From Anaerolineae bacterium (lineage in GTDB: Bacteria > Chloroflexota > Anaerolineae > Fen-1058), in NCBI GenBank assembly GCA_036514635.1, contig DATBWU010000164.1, forward strand, positions 337 through 64,336: DNA of 64,000 nt, in the 5' to 3' direction. Below are positions 33,414 through 42,354 of the stretch, piece after piece. The position numbers were made by a program, and so were the translations under genes. Every line of letters starts with the position of its first letter. The stretch's first letter is position 1. The notes under the pieces are model-generated. The model was not told the origin of the DNA. It saw only the letters and a program-made list of their open reading frames with translations, and did no database searches.

Positions 33414-34163
33414 ATGTCACTGATCATTTCCATTCACTCTTTCCGGGGCGGCACGGGCAAGTCGAACACCGTCGCCAATCTCGCGGCGTTGATGGCGAGC
33501 GCAGGCCGACGTGTGGGCGTGGTGGACACCGACATCGCGTCGCCCGGCATTCACGTTCTGTTCGGCCTGGACGTGGAGCAGGTGACGTTCTCGCTCAACG
33601 ATTACCTGTGGGGCCGCTGCGAAATCCGGCAGGCGACGTACGACGTGACGCCGGTTGGCGTAATGGGCCGCATTTTCCTGATCCCGTCCAGCATCAAGGC
33701 GGGCGAGATCGCGCGCGTCCTGCGCGAAGGCTACGACGTGGGCCTGCTCAACGATGGTTTTCATCGCCTGATCGACGATTTGCGCCTGGATGTGCTGATG
33801 ATCGACACGCATCCCGGCCTGAACGAAGAAACGCTGCTGTCCATCGCCGTCTCCGATGTGCTCACCGTCATCCTGCGCCCCGATCAGCAAGACTATCAAG
33901 GAACCGGCGTCGCGGTCGAGGTGGCGCGCAAGCTGGACGTGCCGCGCATGGTGATCGTCGTCAATAAGACGCCGCAGGTGTTCGACCCGGCCGAAGTGAA
34001 AGCGCGCGTCGAGCAGGCGTACGGCTGCGAAGTCGCCGCCGTGTTGCCGCATTCGGATGAGATGATGATACTCGCCAGCGGCGGCATCTTCGTCCTGCGT
34101 TATCCTGAGCATCCGATTACCTCGGCGCTGAAGCAGGTCGTGGCGAGGCTGATGGCCCAATGA
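33414..34163 (+). CDS. MinD/ParA-family P-loop ATPase
   Basis: Deviant Walker A SFRGGTGKSNTVANLA and Walker B-like VLMIDTHPG. The ATG at 33414 is preceded by GCGGAG. The ORF-track extension to 33243 runs through a repeat block. Confidence 0.85.
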   Translation: MSLIISIHSFRGGTGKSNTVANLAALMASAGRRVGVVDTDIASPGIHVLFGLDVEQVTFSLNDYLWGRCEIRQATYDVTPVGVMGRIFLIPSSIKAGEIARVLREGYDVGLLNDGFHRLIDDLRLDVLMIDTHPGLNEETLLSIAVSDVLTVILRPDQQDYQGTGVAVEVARKLDVPRMVIVVNKTPQVFDPAEVKARVEQAYGCEVAAVLPHSDEMMILASGGIFVLRYPEHPITSALKQVVARLMAQ

Positions 34164-34948
34164 ATGGAAACTCCCATCGCCTACATCCCAAGCGATCGAT
34201 TGAAGGCGTTGGCGCGCGGGGACTCGCTGCCCGATCGGACGCGCGGCGCGGCGCGGAAGAGATCACCCGCCAGCTCAACGCCGTGTACGACGCGCTGATC
34301 GACGATCTACACGGCTATGGCGGTAGCGTCATCGGCGATCCGGGCATCCAACTCATCGACGCATTGGCCGGATCGATTCTCGATCAACTGATCGCCGCCG
34401 GGCGCCACGCCGGCAAAGGCGAAGTGGTGCTGGCACCCTCGGCCGATCGCCGCGCTAGGCGATCAGGTTCACATCGCAGCCTGGCGCGACGATGAGGAGT
34501 TCGGCCAGCGTTTCGGTGTCGTCGATGCGCTGAGTGTGCCGGTTGAGCCGGAACCTCAGCCGGCGCTCCCGCCCAACTCCTTAAGCGATGAGCAAATCCG
34601 CCCGTGGCCGCTGACGCCGGTTTACGAGCGCCTGCATAGCGGTCAAGGCGAGTTTCTGGCCGAGCTGCGCCCGGCGGTCGCGCTCTTTTTGCGTTTCAGG
34701 GGGATCGACTTCGATGGCGACGATGCGGCGGGCTGGAGGCCTTGCAGGGTCGGGCCGCGCGAGCGTTCCGCCTGATCGGCGCGCCGCTGTCGCCCGCCGA
34801 AAAGGCCAAACTCGATCGCATTCTCGAAGCGGCGCGGCAGTCGTTCGGCGAAGACGCAATTGCCTTGGCGCTGGCCGAGGGTCGGGCGATGTCGCTGGAT
34901 CGGGCCACCACGTACGCGCTGGAAGATGGAAATGACTCAAGGATGTGA
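34164..34948 (+). pseudogene. collapsed remnant of a large adenylate/guanylate-cyclase-domain AAA-ATPase regulator
   Basis: Four out-of-frame fragments are each recognisable. (1) METPIAYIPSDRLKALARGDSLPDRTRGAA. (2) GAEEITRQLNAVYDALIDDLHGYGGSVIG. (3) VYERLHSGQGEFLAELRPAVALFLRFRGIDFDGDDAAG. (4) The C-terminal LAEGRAMSLDRATTYALE. The expected FADISGFT / GDA catalytic segments and the whole ATPase/TPR body are missing. Confidence 0.55.
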
Positions 34949-34954
34949 GAGCCT

Positions 34955-35296
34955 ATGCTGACACTCTTCGAACGCGGCGTGGTGGCTCACCTCGTCGCCG
35001 ATTGGCTGCTGCAGAACGACTGGATGGCGAGGAACAAGACGAATCTGCGGCATCCGGCGGGATGGGTGCATTCGGCGATTCACGTGGTGCTGCTTGGCTT
35101 GGCGCTGGGCTGGCAGGCCGGACTGGTGCTCGGCCTGGTACACATGGTGATCGACACGCGCCAGGTGATGAAGCGGTGGCAGCGCTTCTACCGCCAGACA
35201 ATGGATGGGCCGAATGCTATCCACGTGGCGATCTGGGCCGATCAGGTGCTGCACATCGCCGTGATCGCGGCGTGGGTGCAATTCGTGCGCGTCTGA
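34955..35296 (+). CDS. DUF3307-like small membrane protein
   Basis: AHLVADWLLQNDWMA matches the H-x-x-x-D-[FW]-x-x-Q signature. Three hydrophobic helices. Confidence 0.55.
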   Translation: MLTLFERGVVAHLVADWLLQNDWMARNKTNLRHPAGWVHSAIHVVLLGLALGWQAGLVLGLVHMVIDTRQVMKRWQRFYRQTMDGPNAIHVAIWADQVLHIAVIAAWVQFVRV

Positions 35297-35305
35297 AAAT
35301 CATTT

Positions 35306-36781
35306 CTAATCCAACCGCCGCCGCTCGCCGCCAGCCGGCCCGTGACTGAATAGCACCCGGCCTTGCTCTTCGACCTTCGTCTCGATGCGGACGGGCCGGC
35401 CCCACAGCGTGTACAGGTTCTTCAGCGTGTCCTGTGCGAAGGGAACGTCGAGATCGATGCCTTCGTGGCGATGCATGAGGTATAGCTCGCCACGGTTTTC
35501 GTAGTTGCCATCCACGACCTCGATGATCGGCTGGCCGAAGTTCGTCAACTGGAACAGCAGGCGGCGCTTGACGTCCTGGAACTTGCGGCTGGAGATTTCG
35601 TACACGTTATCGTCCGCGTTGTAGTCGAAGGTGAACAGTCGGTGCTCGCGGGCGAAGTCTTCGGTTAAGAACTCGTCGATGAAGCCGATGTCGTTGTAGA
35701 CGCGCCGCACCTCGAAGACCTTCTGGCGGCCCAACCCCAGCTTCTTGTCCCACTCGCGGCGAGCCTGGAGGTTCTCGCATGCTTCGTACTCCGGCCCGAA
35801 CGTGCCCCGGTTCCAGCGGTCTTCGATGTCGCGATACAGCTCCAGGCCGAGCTTGTAAGGATTGAGCTGGCCGGAATGCACGGCGACCGTGCCGGAGTGG
35901 TGCTCGGCGTAGGCGATCAGCTCGTTCGGCTCTAGCGCGTGCTCGGTCATAATGTGGGTGTGCGCGAAACTGGCCCAGCCTTCATTCATGATCTTCGTCT
36001 GGCGCTGCGGCGCGAAGTAATACGCTTCTTCGCGCACGATGTCGAGGAGGTCGTGCTGCCAGTTTTCGAGCGGCGCGTGTTCGAGCAGGAAGAGCAGCAC
36101 GTCGCGCTCCGGCTCTTCCGGGAAGCGCTTGCGCTGCTGCTCGGCTTCCTCTAATCGGCGCTGCTGCTCGGCCAGGAACTCCGGCGGATTGATGAAGGAG
36201 TCCATGTAACCCTTCGCCGGTAACTTGCGCACCGTCTCGCGCTCTTCGGTTTCCGGGATCGGCGCGGCGCGGCGCTGAATGCCCACTGCGTGGATGTCGA
36301 TCAGGTTGTCGAGCGAGAGGGACGCGTCGAGAAAGTCCTCGACGCAGTCCAGCCCGTGCCGTTCGATGTGTCGCCGAATGCGGGCGGCGTGGTTTGCCAT
36401 CTCGTCGAGCATCTTGCGATTGGTGTGCGCGAACCACAGGTTGTTCTTGAAGAAGTCGCCGTGGCCGTAGACGTGCGCCATCACGAGTTTTTGATCCACC
36501 CGATCGTTGCTCGCCAGCAGGTAGGCGTAGCACGGAATGGTGTTGATCACCATCTCGTAGATGCGGTGCAGGCCGTAGGCGTAAGACTTCGACAGGCGCT
36601 CGTATTCCATGCCGAAGCGCCAGTACGGGTAGCGCGTGGGGAAGCCGTCGTAGGCGGCGACCTGGTTCATCATGCGATAGTCGAGCATGACGAAGCGCAC
36701 CTCGAAGAAGTCGAGGCCGAAGTCGCGCGCGTAACCTTCGATGACCGATTGAAGCATTTCGAGATCGGGTGAGAGTGACAT
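35306..36781 (-). CDS. spoVR: SpoVR family protein
   Basis: Length and sequence fit SpoVR/YcgB (FEVRFVMLDYRMMNQVAAYDGFPTRYPYWRFGMEYE, MNEGWASFAH). It is the third gene of the prkA operon. Confidence 0.9.
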   Translation of the reverse strand: MSLSPDLEMLQSVIEGYARDFGLDFFEVRFVMLDYRMMNQVAAYDGFPTRYPYWRFGMEYERLSKSYAYGLHRIYEMVINTIPCYAYLLASNDRVDQKLVMAHVYGHGDFFKNNLWFAHTNRKMLDEMANHAARIRRHIERHGLDCVEDFLDASLSLDNLIDIHAVGIQRRAAPIPETEERETVRKLPAKGYMDSFINPPEFLAEQQRRLEEAEQQRKRFPEEPERDVLLFLLEHAPLENWQHDLLDIVREEAYYFAPQRQTKIMNEGWASFAHTHIMTEHALEPNELIAYAEHHSGTVAVHSGQLNPYKLGLELYRDIEDRWNRGTFGPEYEACENLQARREWDKKLGLGRQKVFEVRRVYNDIGFIDEFLTEDFAREHRLFTFDYNADDNVYEISSRKFQDVKRRLLFQLTNFGQPIIEVVDGNYENRGELYLMHRHEGIDLDVPFAQDTLKNLYTLWGRPVRIETKVEEQGRVLFSHGPAGGERRRLD

Positions 36782-36796
36782 GGTTATTCCATAAAA

Positions 36797-36835
36797 CGTG
36801 ACGCGTAAAACGTAATTACGTTTTACGTTTCACGC
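36797..36835. repeat. CGTAAAACG-type perfect palindrome in the yeaH-spoVR spacer
   Basis: cgtgacgcgtaaaacgtaattacgttttacgtttcacg. The core cgtaaaacgtaattacgttttacg is perfectly self-complementary. Confidence 0.75.
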
Positions 36836-37930
36836 TCACACTCCCTTCCCTAAAAACGTCTTGATCGCCGCATAAATGTCGTCGTCCGTGTCGATGCGAG
36901 CCCGGGCCAGTTTCTCGTCGCTCACCTCGTCGAGCGCGTCCATGAACTGCCGCCGCGATTCGCTCTGAACCTGGCCGTAACAGAACAGATTCATCGGCGG
37001 CAGCAGTTCCCGCTTCAGCAGCGCGACGCAGCGATCATCGTCATCGTCACCGAAGTTCTCGCCATCGGAAAAGTGCAGCGCGTATAAGTTCCAATCTTCC
37101 ACGGGATAATCCCTGCGGAGGATGTCGCGGCACATCTCGTAGGCCGCCGAGATGCGCGTGCCGCCGCTCTCGCGAACGTGATAGAACGTGTGCTGATCGA
37201 CTTCGTGCGCGACGGCGTCGTGGACGATGTAGCGCGTCACCAGATTCTTGTAGTGCGCGCGCAGCCAGCTATCGATCCAGAACGCCGTCAGCCGGACGAG
37301 GTGCTTCTTGCGCTGAGTCATGCTGCCCGACACGTCCATCATGTATAGGACGACGGCGTTGTTGTCCGGGCGCGGGTAGACTTTCCAGGAGCGGTAGCGT
37401 TTGTCGTCGCGGATCGGAATGATGGCCGGGCGCTCGGGGTCGTACGTGCCGGAGACGAGTTGTCGCTTGAGCGTTTCGCGATACGTGCGCTTGAAGTGCC
37501 GCAGGCCCTCCGGGCCGACGCGCCGGATGCCGGTGTACCGGGTGATCTCGCCTTCGACGCGATTCTTGCTCTTGGGTTGGATGCGCGGCAGACCGAGTTC
37601 TTCGCCGAGCAATTCGACCAGCTCTTGCAGCGTCAGCTCGACTTCGAGGATGTGGTTGCCGGGCTGATCGCCTGCCGGGCCGCTGCCGTCGTCCGGATCG
37701 CCTCGACCGATGGGCGTACCTACTTCGCCCGGCCCTTGCCCGACGCCGCCTTGCTTCCCGCCGAAGCGGAAGTGCGGCAGCTCGATCTCCGGGATGGGGA
37801 TGCTCACCAAGTCTTTTCCCTGCCGGCCGATCAACTCGCCGTTGGATATGTATTTCCGCAGGTTCTGCTTGATCCGGCCCCGGACGATCTGCCGGAAGCG
37901 GCTGGTGTCTTGTTCGATGGAGAGAATCAT
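36836..37930 (-). CDS. yeaH: DUF444 (YeaH/YhbH) family protein
   Basis: SRFRQIVRGRIKQNLRKYI N-terminus and a vWA-like C-terminal half (VVLYMMDVSGSM). The ATG at 37930 is preferred over 37948. Confidence 0.9.
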   Translation of the reverse strand: MILSIEQDTSRFRQIVRGRIKQNLRKYISNGELIGRQGKDLVSIPIPEIELPHFRFGGKQGGVGQGPGEVGTPIGRGDPDDGSGPAGDQPGNHILEVELTLQELVELLGEELGLPRIQPKSKNRVEGEITRYTGIRRVGPEGLRHFKRTYRETLKRQLVSGTYDPERPAIIPIRDDKRYRSWKVYPRPDNNAVVLYMMDVSGSMTQRKKHLVRLTAFWIDSWLRAHYKNLVTRYIVHDAVAHEVDQHTFYHVRESGGTRISAAYEMCRDILRRDYPVEDWNLYALHFSDGENFGDDDDDRCVALLKRELLPPMNLFCYGQVQSESRRQFMDALDEVSDEKLARARIDTDDDIYAAIKTFLGKGV

Positions 37931-37958
37931 AGGCACACCCTTTAACAATGGCTATGAA

Positions 37959-38008
37959 GCGTGAAACGTAAAACATGAAACGTAATTACGTTTTACGCAT
38001 CACGTTTT
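37959..38008. repeat. CGTAAAACG-type palindrome in the prkA-yeaH spacer
   Basis: gcgtgaaacgtaaaacatgaaacgtaattacgttttacgcatcacgttttac. The right end overlaps the prkA stop. Confidence 0.7.
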
Positions 38009-40049
38009 ACTGCCTCGCCGTGTCGCCGCGCGCGAAAATGCTGGCGACGTAGTTCAGCACGTCGGTCGCGCACACGTCGCAGTAGCCCATGTTCTTGATC
38101 ATGCGACTCTTGACGACCTCGATCTTCTCCTGCGTCTCGCTGTCGATCACGTTGGAGACCAGGCTGGTGAGCTTGATCGAGTCTTTCTGATCTTCGAACA
38201 GCTTCAGCTCGAGCGCGCGGCGCAGGCGATCGTTGGAGTCCCACGCGAAGGTCTTGCCCTCCAGCGCCAGTGCGCCGATGTAATTCATGATCTCGCGCCG
38301 GAAATCGTCCTTCCGGCTCTCCGAGATTTCGATCTTCTCTTCGATCGAGCGCATCAGCCGCTCGTCGGGCGGCTCGTCCTGGCCGGTGTACGGATTGCGC
38401 ACCTTTTGCTTCTGCGTGTAGGCCTTGATGTTGTCGATGTAGTTGGCGGACAAACGCTTGATGGCCGCTTCGTCGGCGGTGATTGCGCGTTGGACTTCGT
38501 TCTTGATGATTTCGTCGTACTCGGCGCGCGCCACGGCCAGCAGTTCGCGGAAGCGCTTGCGCTGCTCTTCGCTGGTAATCAGCGAGTGGTGGCGCAGGCC
38601 GCCCTCCAGTTCGCGCATCAGCAAGAAGGGGTTGATGCAAGTGCGGCTCTGATCGCTGACGAGCGCATTGGATAACTTGTCCTGGATGTAGCGCGGCGAA
38701 ATGCCGATCATGCCTTCCTGCTTGGCCTCGGCCTGCAACTCCATCACGCTGTCCTCGGTGAAGCCAGGCAACGAGCGGCCGTCGTATAGCTTCAGCTTCT
38801 GGAGCAGTGTCAATCCGGCGTGCTTCGGTTCTTCGAGCCGGGTCAGCACGGCCCACAGCGCGGCGATCCCCAGCGTGTGCGGCGCGATGTGCTTGCCGAC
38901 CACGCGCCGCTCGTTGAAGTCGCGCTCGTAGATTCTCACTTCGTCGCTGTAACGAATGACGTAGGGGATGTCGATCTTGATCGTCCGATCGCGTAGCGCC
39001 TCCATATACTCGTTGCCGAGCAGACGGCGGTACTCGGCCTCGTTGGTGTGGCCGAGGATGACTTCGTCGATGTCGGTATGGGCGAATTTCTTAGGCTTGA
39101 TCTTGTGTTCCTGCGAAGCCGTGAGCAGGTCGTAGAGGAAGGCCACGTCGAGCTTGAGGATTTCGATGAACTCGACCAGTCCGCGATTGGCGATGTTCAA
39201 TTCGCCATCGAAGTTGAAGGCGCGCGGGTCGGAGTCCGAGCCGTACTCGGCGATCTTGCGGTAGTTGATGTCGCCGGTCAGCTCGGTCGAGTCCTGGTTC
39301 TTCTCATCCTTCGGCTGGAACGTGCCGATGCCGACGCGGTCTTTTTCGGACAGCAGCAGCCGCTTCACGCGCACCTGGCGCACCACGTCCAGCCAGTTGC
39401 CGCCGGCCTTTTCCAGCAGGCGGTTGAACACGAATCGACACGCCGGGCATAGATCGCCTTCGATCTCGATGTGTTGCACGCCGTCGTGGCCCGTGTTCAA
39501 TTCTGCCATGATCGTCGATCGGAACTCGTAGGGGATCAGGTGGAGCGGCTCTTCGTGCATCGGGCAGTCCATGCGTTCGCCGTCGTCGGGCTGCCAGTAG
39601 AACGTGTACACGCGGCCCGCATCGGTGCGCGTGTAGGCTTCCAGGCCTTTCTTGAGCAGGCGGACGATCGTGCTTTTGGCCGTGCCGACGGGGCCGTGCA
39701 GCAACAGCACGCGCCGCTCGGTTCCGTAGCGGCGAGCCGCCGATTGGAAGACGCGCACCAGTTCCATCAACGGCTTATCCAGCCCGAAGACGGCATCTTT
39801 GCCGCTCTCAAAGGGGTCGTCGAAGAAGCGATAGTGGATGAGCGCCTCGCGGTAGCGGGTGTATTCGTCGCTGCCATAGGAGACGATCATGTCGTACATT
39901 CGCTGGAAAGCCGTGCGCGCGACTCGGGGATCGTGGCGCACGATTTCGAGGTAATCCTCGAGGCTCCCCTCCCAGTGCAGGCCGCGGAACCCGGACGTAT
40001 CTTGCATCCGCTCGATCTTATTCAGCAGGGTATCCGTCCCGCTCATCAC
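38007..40049 (-). CDS. prkA: PrkA family serine protein kinase (AAA-type)
   Basis: Walker [13 protein letters not shown], PrkA AAA and C-terminal domains, and a typical length (680 aa). Confidence 0.95.
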   Translation of the reverse strand: MMSGTDTLLNKIERMQDTSGFRGLHWEGSLEDYLEIVRHDPRVARTAFQRMYDMIVSYGSDEYTRYREALIHYRFFDDPFESGKDAVFGLDKPLMELVRVFQSAARRYGTERRVLLLHGPVGTAKSTIVRLLKKGLEAYTRTDAGRVYTFYWQPDDGERMDCPMHEEPLHLIPYEFRSTIMAELNTGHDGVQHIEIEGDLCPACRFVFNRLLEKAGGNWLDVVRQVRVKRLLLSEKDRVGIGTFQPKDEKNQDSTELTGDINYRKIAEYGSDSDPRAFNFDGELNIANRGLVEFIEILKLDVAFLYDLLTASQEHKIKPKKFAHTDIDEVILGHTNEAEYRRLLGNEYMEALRDRTIKIDIPYVIRYSDEVRIYERDFNERRVVGKHIAPHTLGIAALWAVLTRLEEPKHAGLTLLQKLKLYDGRSLPGFTEDSVMELQAEAKQEGMIGISPRYIQDKLSNALVSDQSRTCINPFLLMRELEGGLRHHSLITSEEQRKRFRELLAVARAEYDEIIKNEVQRAITADEAAIKRLSANYIDNIKAYTQKQKVRNPYTGQDEPPDERLMRSIEEKIEISESRKDDFRREIMNYIGALALEGKTFAWDSNDRLRRALELKLFEDQKDSIKLTSLVSNVIDSETQEKIEVVKSRMIKNMGYCDVCATDVLNYVASIFARGDTARQ

Positions 40050-40090
40050 ACACCTCCGCGCGTCGCTTCAGATATAGGCGTTACGCACTT

Positions 40091-40201
40091 GAACCGCAAC
40101 CCCGCACACGGCACGCGGGGCAGGCGACGCCAAGAAAAACTCAATTCAACTTCGCACCCGCACCGCCCCGCGTCTTTTTGCGGGGTTGCGCCTTCGCGGT
40201 G
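40091..40201. repeat. AACCGC...GCGGT-family palindromic element
   Basis: gaaccgcaaccccgcacacggcacgcggggcaggcg ... tgcggggttgcgccttcgcggtg. The left ~35 nt are nearly identical to 42771-42805 inside mutS. Confidence 0.7.
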
Positions 40202-40603
40202 AGATCAATCCCAACCGCGTAAGTCCTCAGGCAAATAAGTCGTGGCTCTTTACAGATTTCAAGGAGGTGGGCCGCTTGCCCCAAAACCAATTGCGGTGAA
40301 TTGGGTCGAGGCAGCGGATGGGCAACGGATAAACGAATCTGCGACAGGTATACTGCGCGCGGTCACAAGTTGCGCTTTTTGTTGCTGAAAGCCCGCGTCC
40401 ACGCGGGCGTCTGCCCTGATCGACCGCGAGGACGCGGGCGGTGAGCAAAACCGCAGATTGTTCCCGCGTCGAGTAGTCGAGTATATGAGCCGGCGCAAAC
40501 CGCATCCGTTTATCCGGTGTGGATTCGTTGCATCGACCTCCTTGAAGCACCTCTTGAGCGTAAGTTGTTAATCTTGAGAGCATTCGGTAATTCGCGGGCA
40601 GCG

Positions 40604-40716
40604 CCCGGTGATGAATCACCGGGCTGAAAAAGCGAAGCCTGCTGAAGCAGGCTGCTGGCCGCTTCAGCCGGATTGATCCGGCTTTTCTTGATTAGCCCGA
40701 CGATTCATCGTCGGGC
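40604..40716. repeat. array of perfect GC-rich hairpins with 4-nt loops
   Basis: cccggtga-tgaa-tcaccggg; ggctgaa...agcctgc-tgaa-gcaggct...cttcagcc; agccgga-ttga-tccggct; gcccgacga-ttca-tcgtcgggc. Confidence 0.65.
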
Positions 40717-40923
40717 GACAGGCGCAAGGCAATTGCCGAACGCTCTCACCTTTGATAAATGAGACGACCTGAGGGGAGGGTGTTCTTACGGGGGATTTGG
40801 TAGGAACTTTGTCAGATGCGATCATGGCCTAAAAATCATCCCCGGCAATACTTGAGGAACTTTGCCAGGGATGAATGGAAAGAACAGGTGGATTGGGTGT
40901 ACAGTGATTCGAATGGCTCGCGA

Positions 40924-41250
40924 TCAATTGGACTCGACGACCCGGATCGTCTCTTCCACTTCGGATGCCGGAGTCTCCTCGAACTGCGCCAGGCTTTCTT
41001 CGACTTGCGGAAGCCGGCCGCGCGCCTCCAATTCGGCGACTGCCCGCAGGCCTTCGTACTCCTCGGCGCAATCCGGGCACTGTGCCAGATGCGCCCGGAT
41101 CGGCGCGGCACGGCTCCCTAGATCGCGCCCGGCAATTTCCTCATCGACGTAAACTGCCAGAACCGCCTGGAGCTGCTCACAGTCGATTTCGCCTTCGCCG
41201 GTCGCATAGATGTGCTCGAGCCAGCGAATGAAGTGTTGTCGATCCAACAT
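40924..41250 (-). CDS. putative zinc-finger anti-sigma factor
   Basis: Lies immediately downstream of the ECF sigma gene. HLAQCPDCAEEYEGL is a zf-HC2-like H-x3-C-x2-C motif. Confidence 0.6.
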   Translation of the reverse strand: MLDRQHFIRWLEHIYATGEGEIDCEQLQAVLAVYVDEEIAGRDLGSRAAPIRAHLAQCPDCAEEYEGLRAVAELEARGRLPQVEESLAQFEETPASEVEETIRVVESN

Positions 41251-41317
41251 GGCCTCCTATTTGGTCTAGCAGAGCCAAGAGGTAAGACGCTCCGGCTGCT
41301 TGATTTCTTACGATCTT

Positions 41318-41968
41318 TCAATCCTGGAACGCGGCCAGGATGTCGCCCTCGCTCAGGTGGCGGGCCTGTAACCGCGCCCTCAGGCGCTTGCGCGCATCGT
41401 GCAGCAGTTTGTAGAGCGCGTTGCGCGTGAGACCCAGGCCGGCCGCCACGTCATCCATCGATCGACCTTGCCAGTGCACGCCGATGAACGCCGCCCGCTG
41501 GCGCTCGCTCAACTCGGTCTCGACGATCTCGCGCAGCAGCGCCAAGTAGTAACGCCGCTCGGCCAGTTGCTCAGGATCGACCTTGTCTTTATCACCGAGG
41601 ACGGCCTGAAAGACGGCCGGCTCTTCGTCGCGCAATCGATCGAGCGACTGGTTCTGATACCGCTGTCGGCGCAGCTCGCTGGCCGCCCGGTTGATGACGA
41701 AGCGATAAGCCCACGTGGTGAACTTGGATTCGCCCCGAAAAGTATCCAGGTGCGCGCGGATGTCCAGGAGTGCTTCCTGGGCCAGGTCTTCCGCCAGATG
41801 ATGAATGGCCTGCCGGCTCCAGCCGGTCAACTCGCCGCGATGCAGCGAGATGTAGACCAGCACGGCGCGCAGCAAAAAGTCGCGCAGGTCTTGCAGCGCC
41901 TCGGCTTGAGCCTCGCCGGGCCGCTCGGAAAGTGTCTGTAGCCAGTCGTCGTTCGAGCGATCAGCCAT
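41318..41968 (-). CDS. RNA polymerase sigma-70 family (ECF-type) sigma factor
   Basis: Region 2 FTTWAYRFVINRAASELRR. Region 4 RQRAAFIGVHWQGRSMDDVAAGLGLTRNALYKLLHDARKRLR. The ATG at 41968 is preferred over the ORF-track start at 42100. Confidence 0.85.
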   Translation of the reverse strand: MADRSNDDWLQTLSERPGEAQAEALQDLRDFLLRAVLVYISLHRGELTGWSRQAIHHLAEDLAQEALLDIRAHLDTFRGESKFTTWAYRFVINRAASELRRQRYQNQSLDRLRDEEPAVFQAVLGDKDKVDPEQLAERRYYLALLREIVETELSERQRAAFIGVHWQGRSMDDVAAGLGLTRNALYKLLHDARKRLRARLQARHLSEGDILAAFQD

Positions 41969-42116
41969 GTTGCCGAGACTGCCTCGGGTAAAGTGAAGAG
42001 CCGGTTCCCCGATAAACAATATACCATAAACAATATACCACGTTCGGCAACAAGGGTACGAGATCACCGGGGTCACAGGCCGCGTTTGAAATCCGGCCAA
42101 ATAGGTAACTACTCAG

Positions 42117-42234
42117 CCTCACCCCCCGGCCTCCTCTCCCGAAGTGGAACGGCGCACTTCGAGAGAGGGGGAGTGGGTTCTCCCCTCTCCTGACGACGGG
42201 TGTTGGGTCGTCAGGAGAGGGGCTGGGGGTGAGG
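42117..42234. repeat. composite palindromic element with CCTCACCCCC...GGGGGTGAGG arms
   Basis: The arms cctcaccccccggcctcctctcc / ggagaggggctgggggtgagg enclose three perfect hairpins (cgaagtg..cacttcg, gagaggggga..tctcccctctc, cctgacgac..gtcgtcagg). Confidence 0.75.
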
Positions 42235-42354
42235 CAGCCTGAGCAATTACCCAAACAGGTGGACTTGCGACAGCGCCACTGGCGGCAGGTATCTTCTTTG
42301 CCGATTCCTGTCTATAATTGGTGTACCTCAGCGACACGGATTGCGAAGAAATAC

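Noticed and set aside
40376-40450. CRISPR-repeat-like hairpin (gttgctgaaagcccgcgtccacgcgggcgtctgc) followed by a partial look-alike (cgcgaggacgcgggcg)
   Set aside because: There is only one full copy, with no regularly spaced repeats and no cas genes. It fits the general hairpin-rich spacer background.
40227-40619. 130-aa minus-strand ORF in the prkA upstream spacer
   Set aside because: It is composed almost entirely of translated palindromic repeats, has no RBS and has an implausible composition.
42229-42354. N-terminal extension of mutS in the ORF track (start 42229)
   Set aside because: The extension begins inside the GGGGGTGAGG repeat arm. The canonical MutS N-terminus (MTPMLAQY) follows the ATG at 42355/42370.
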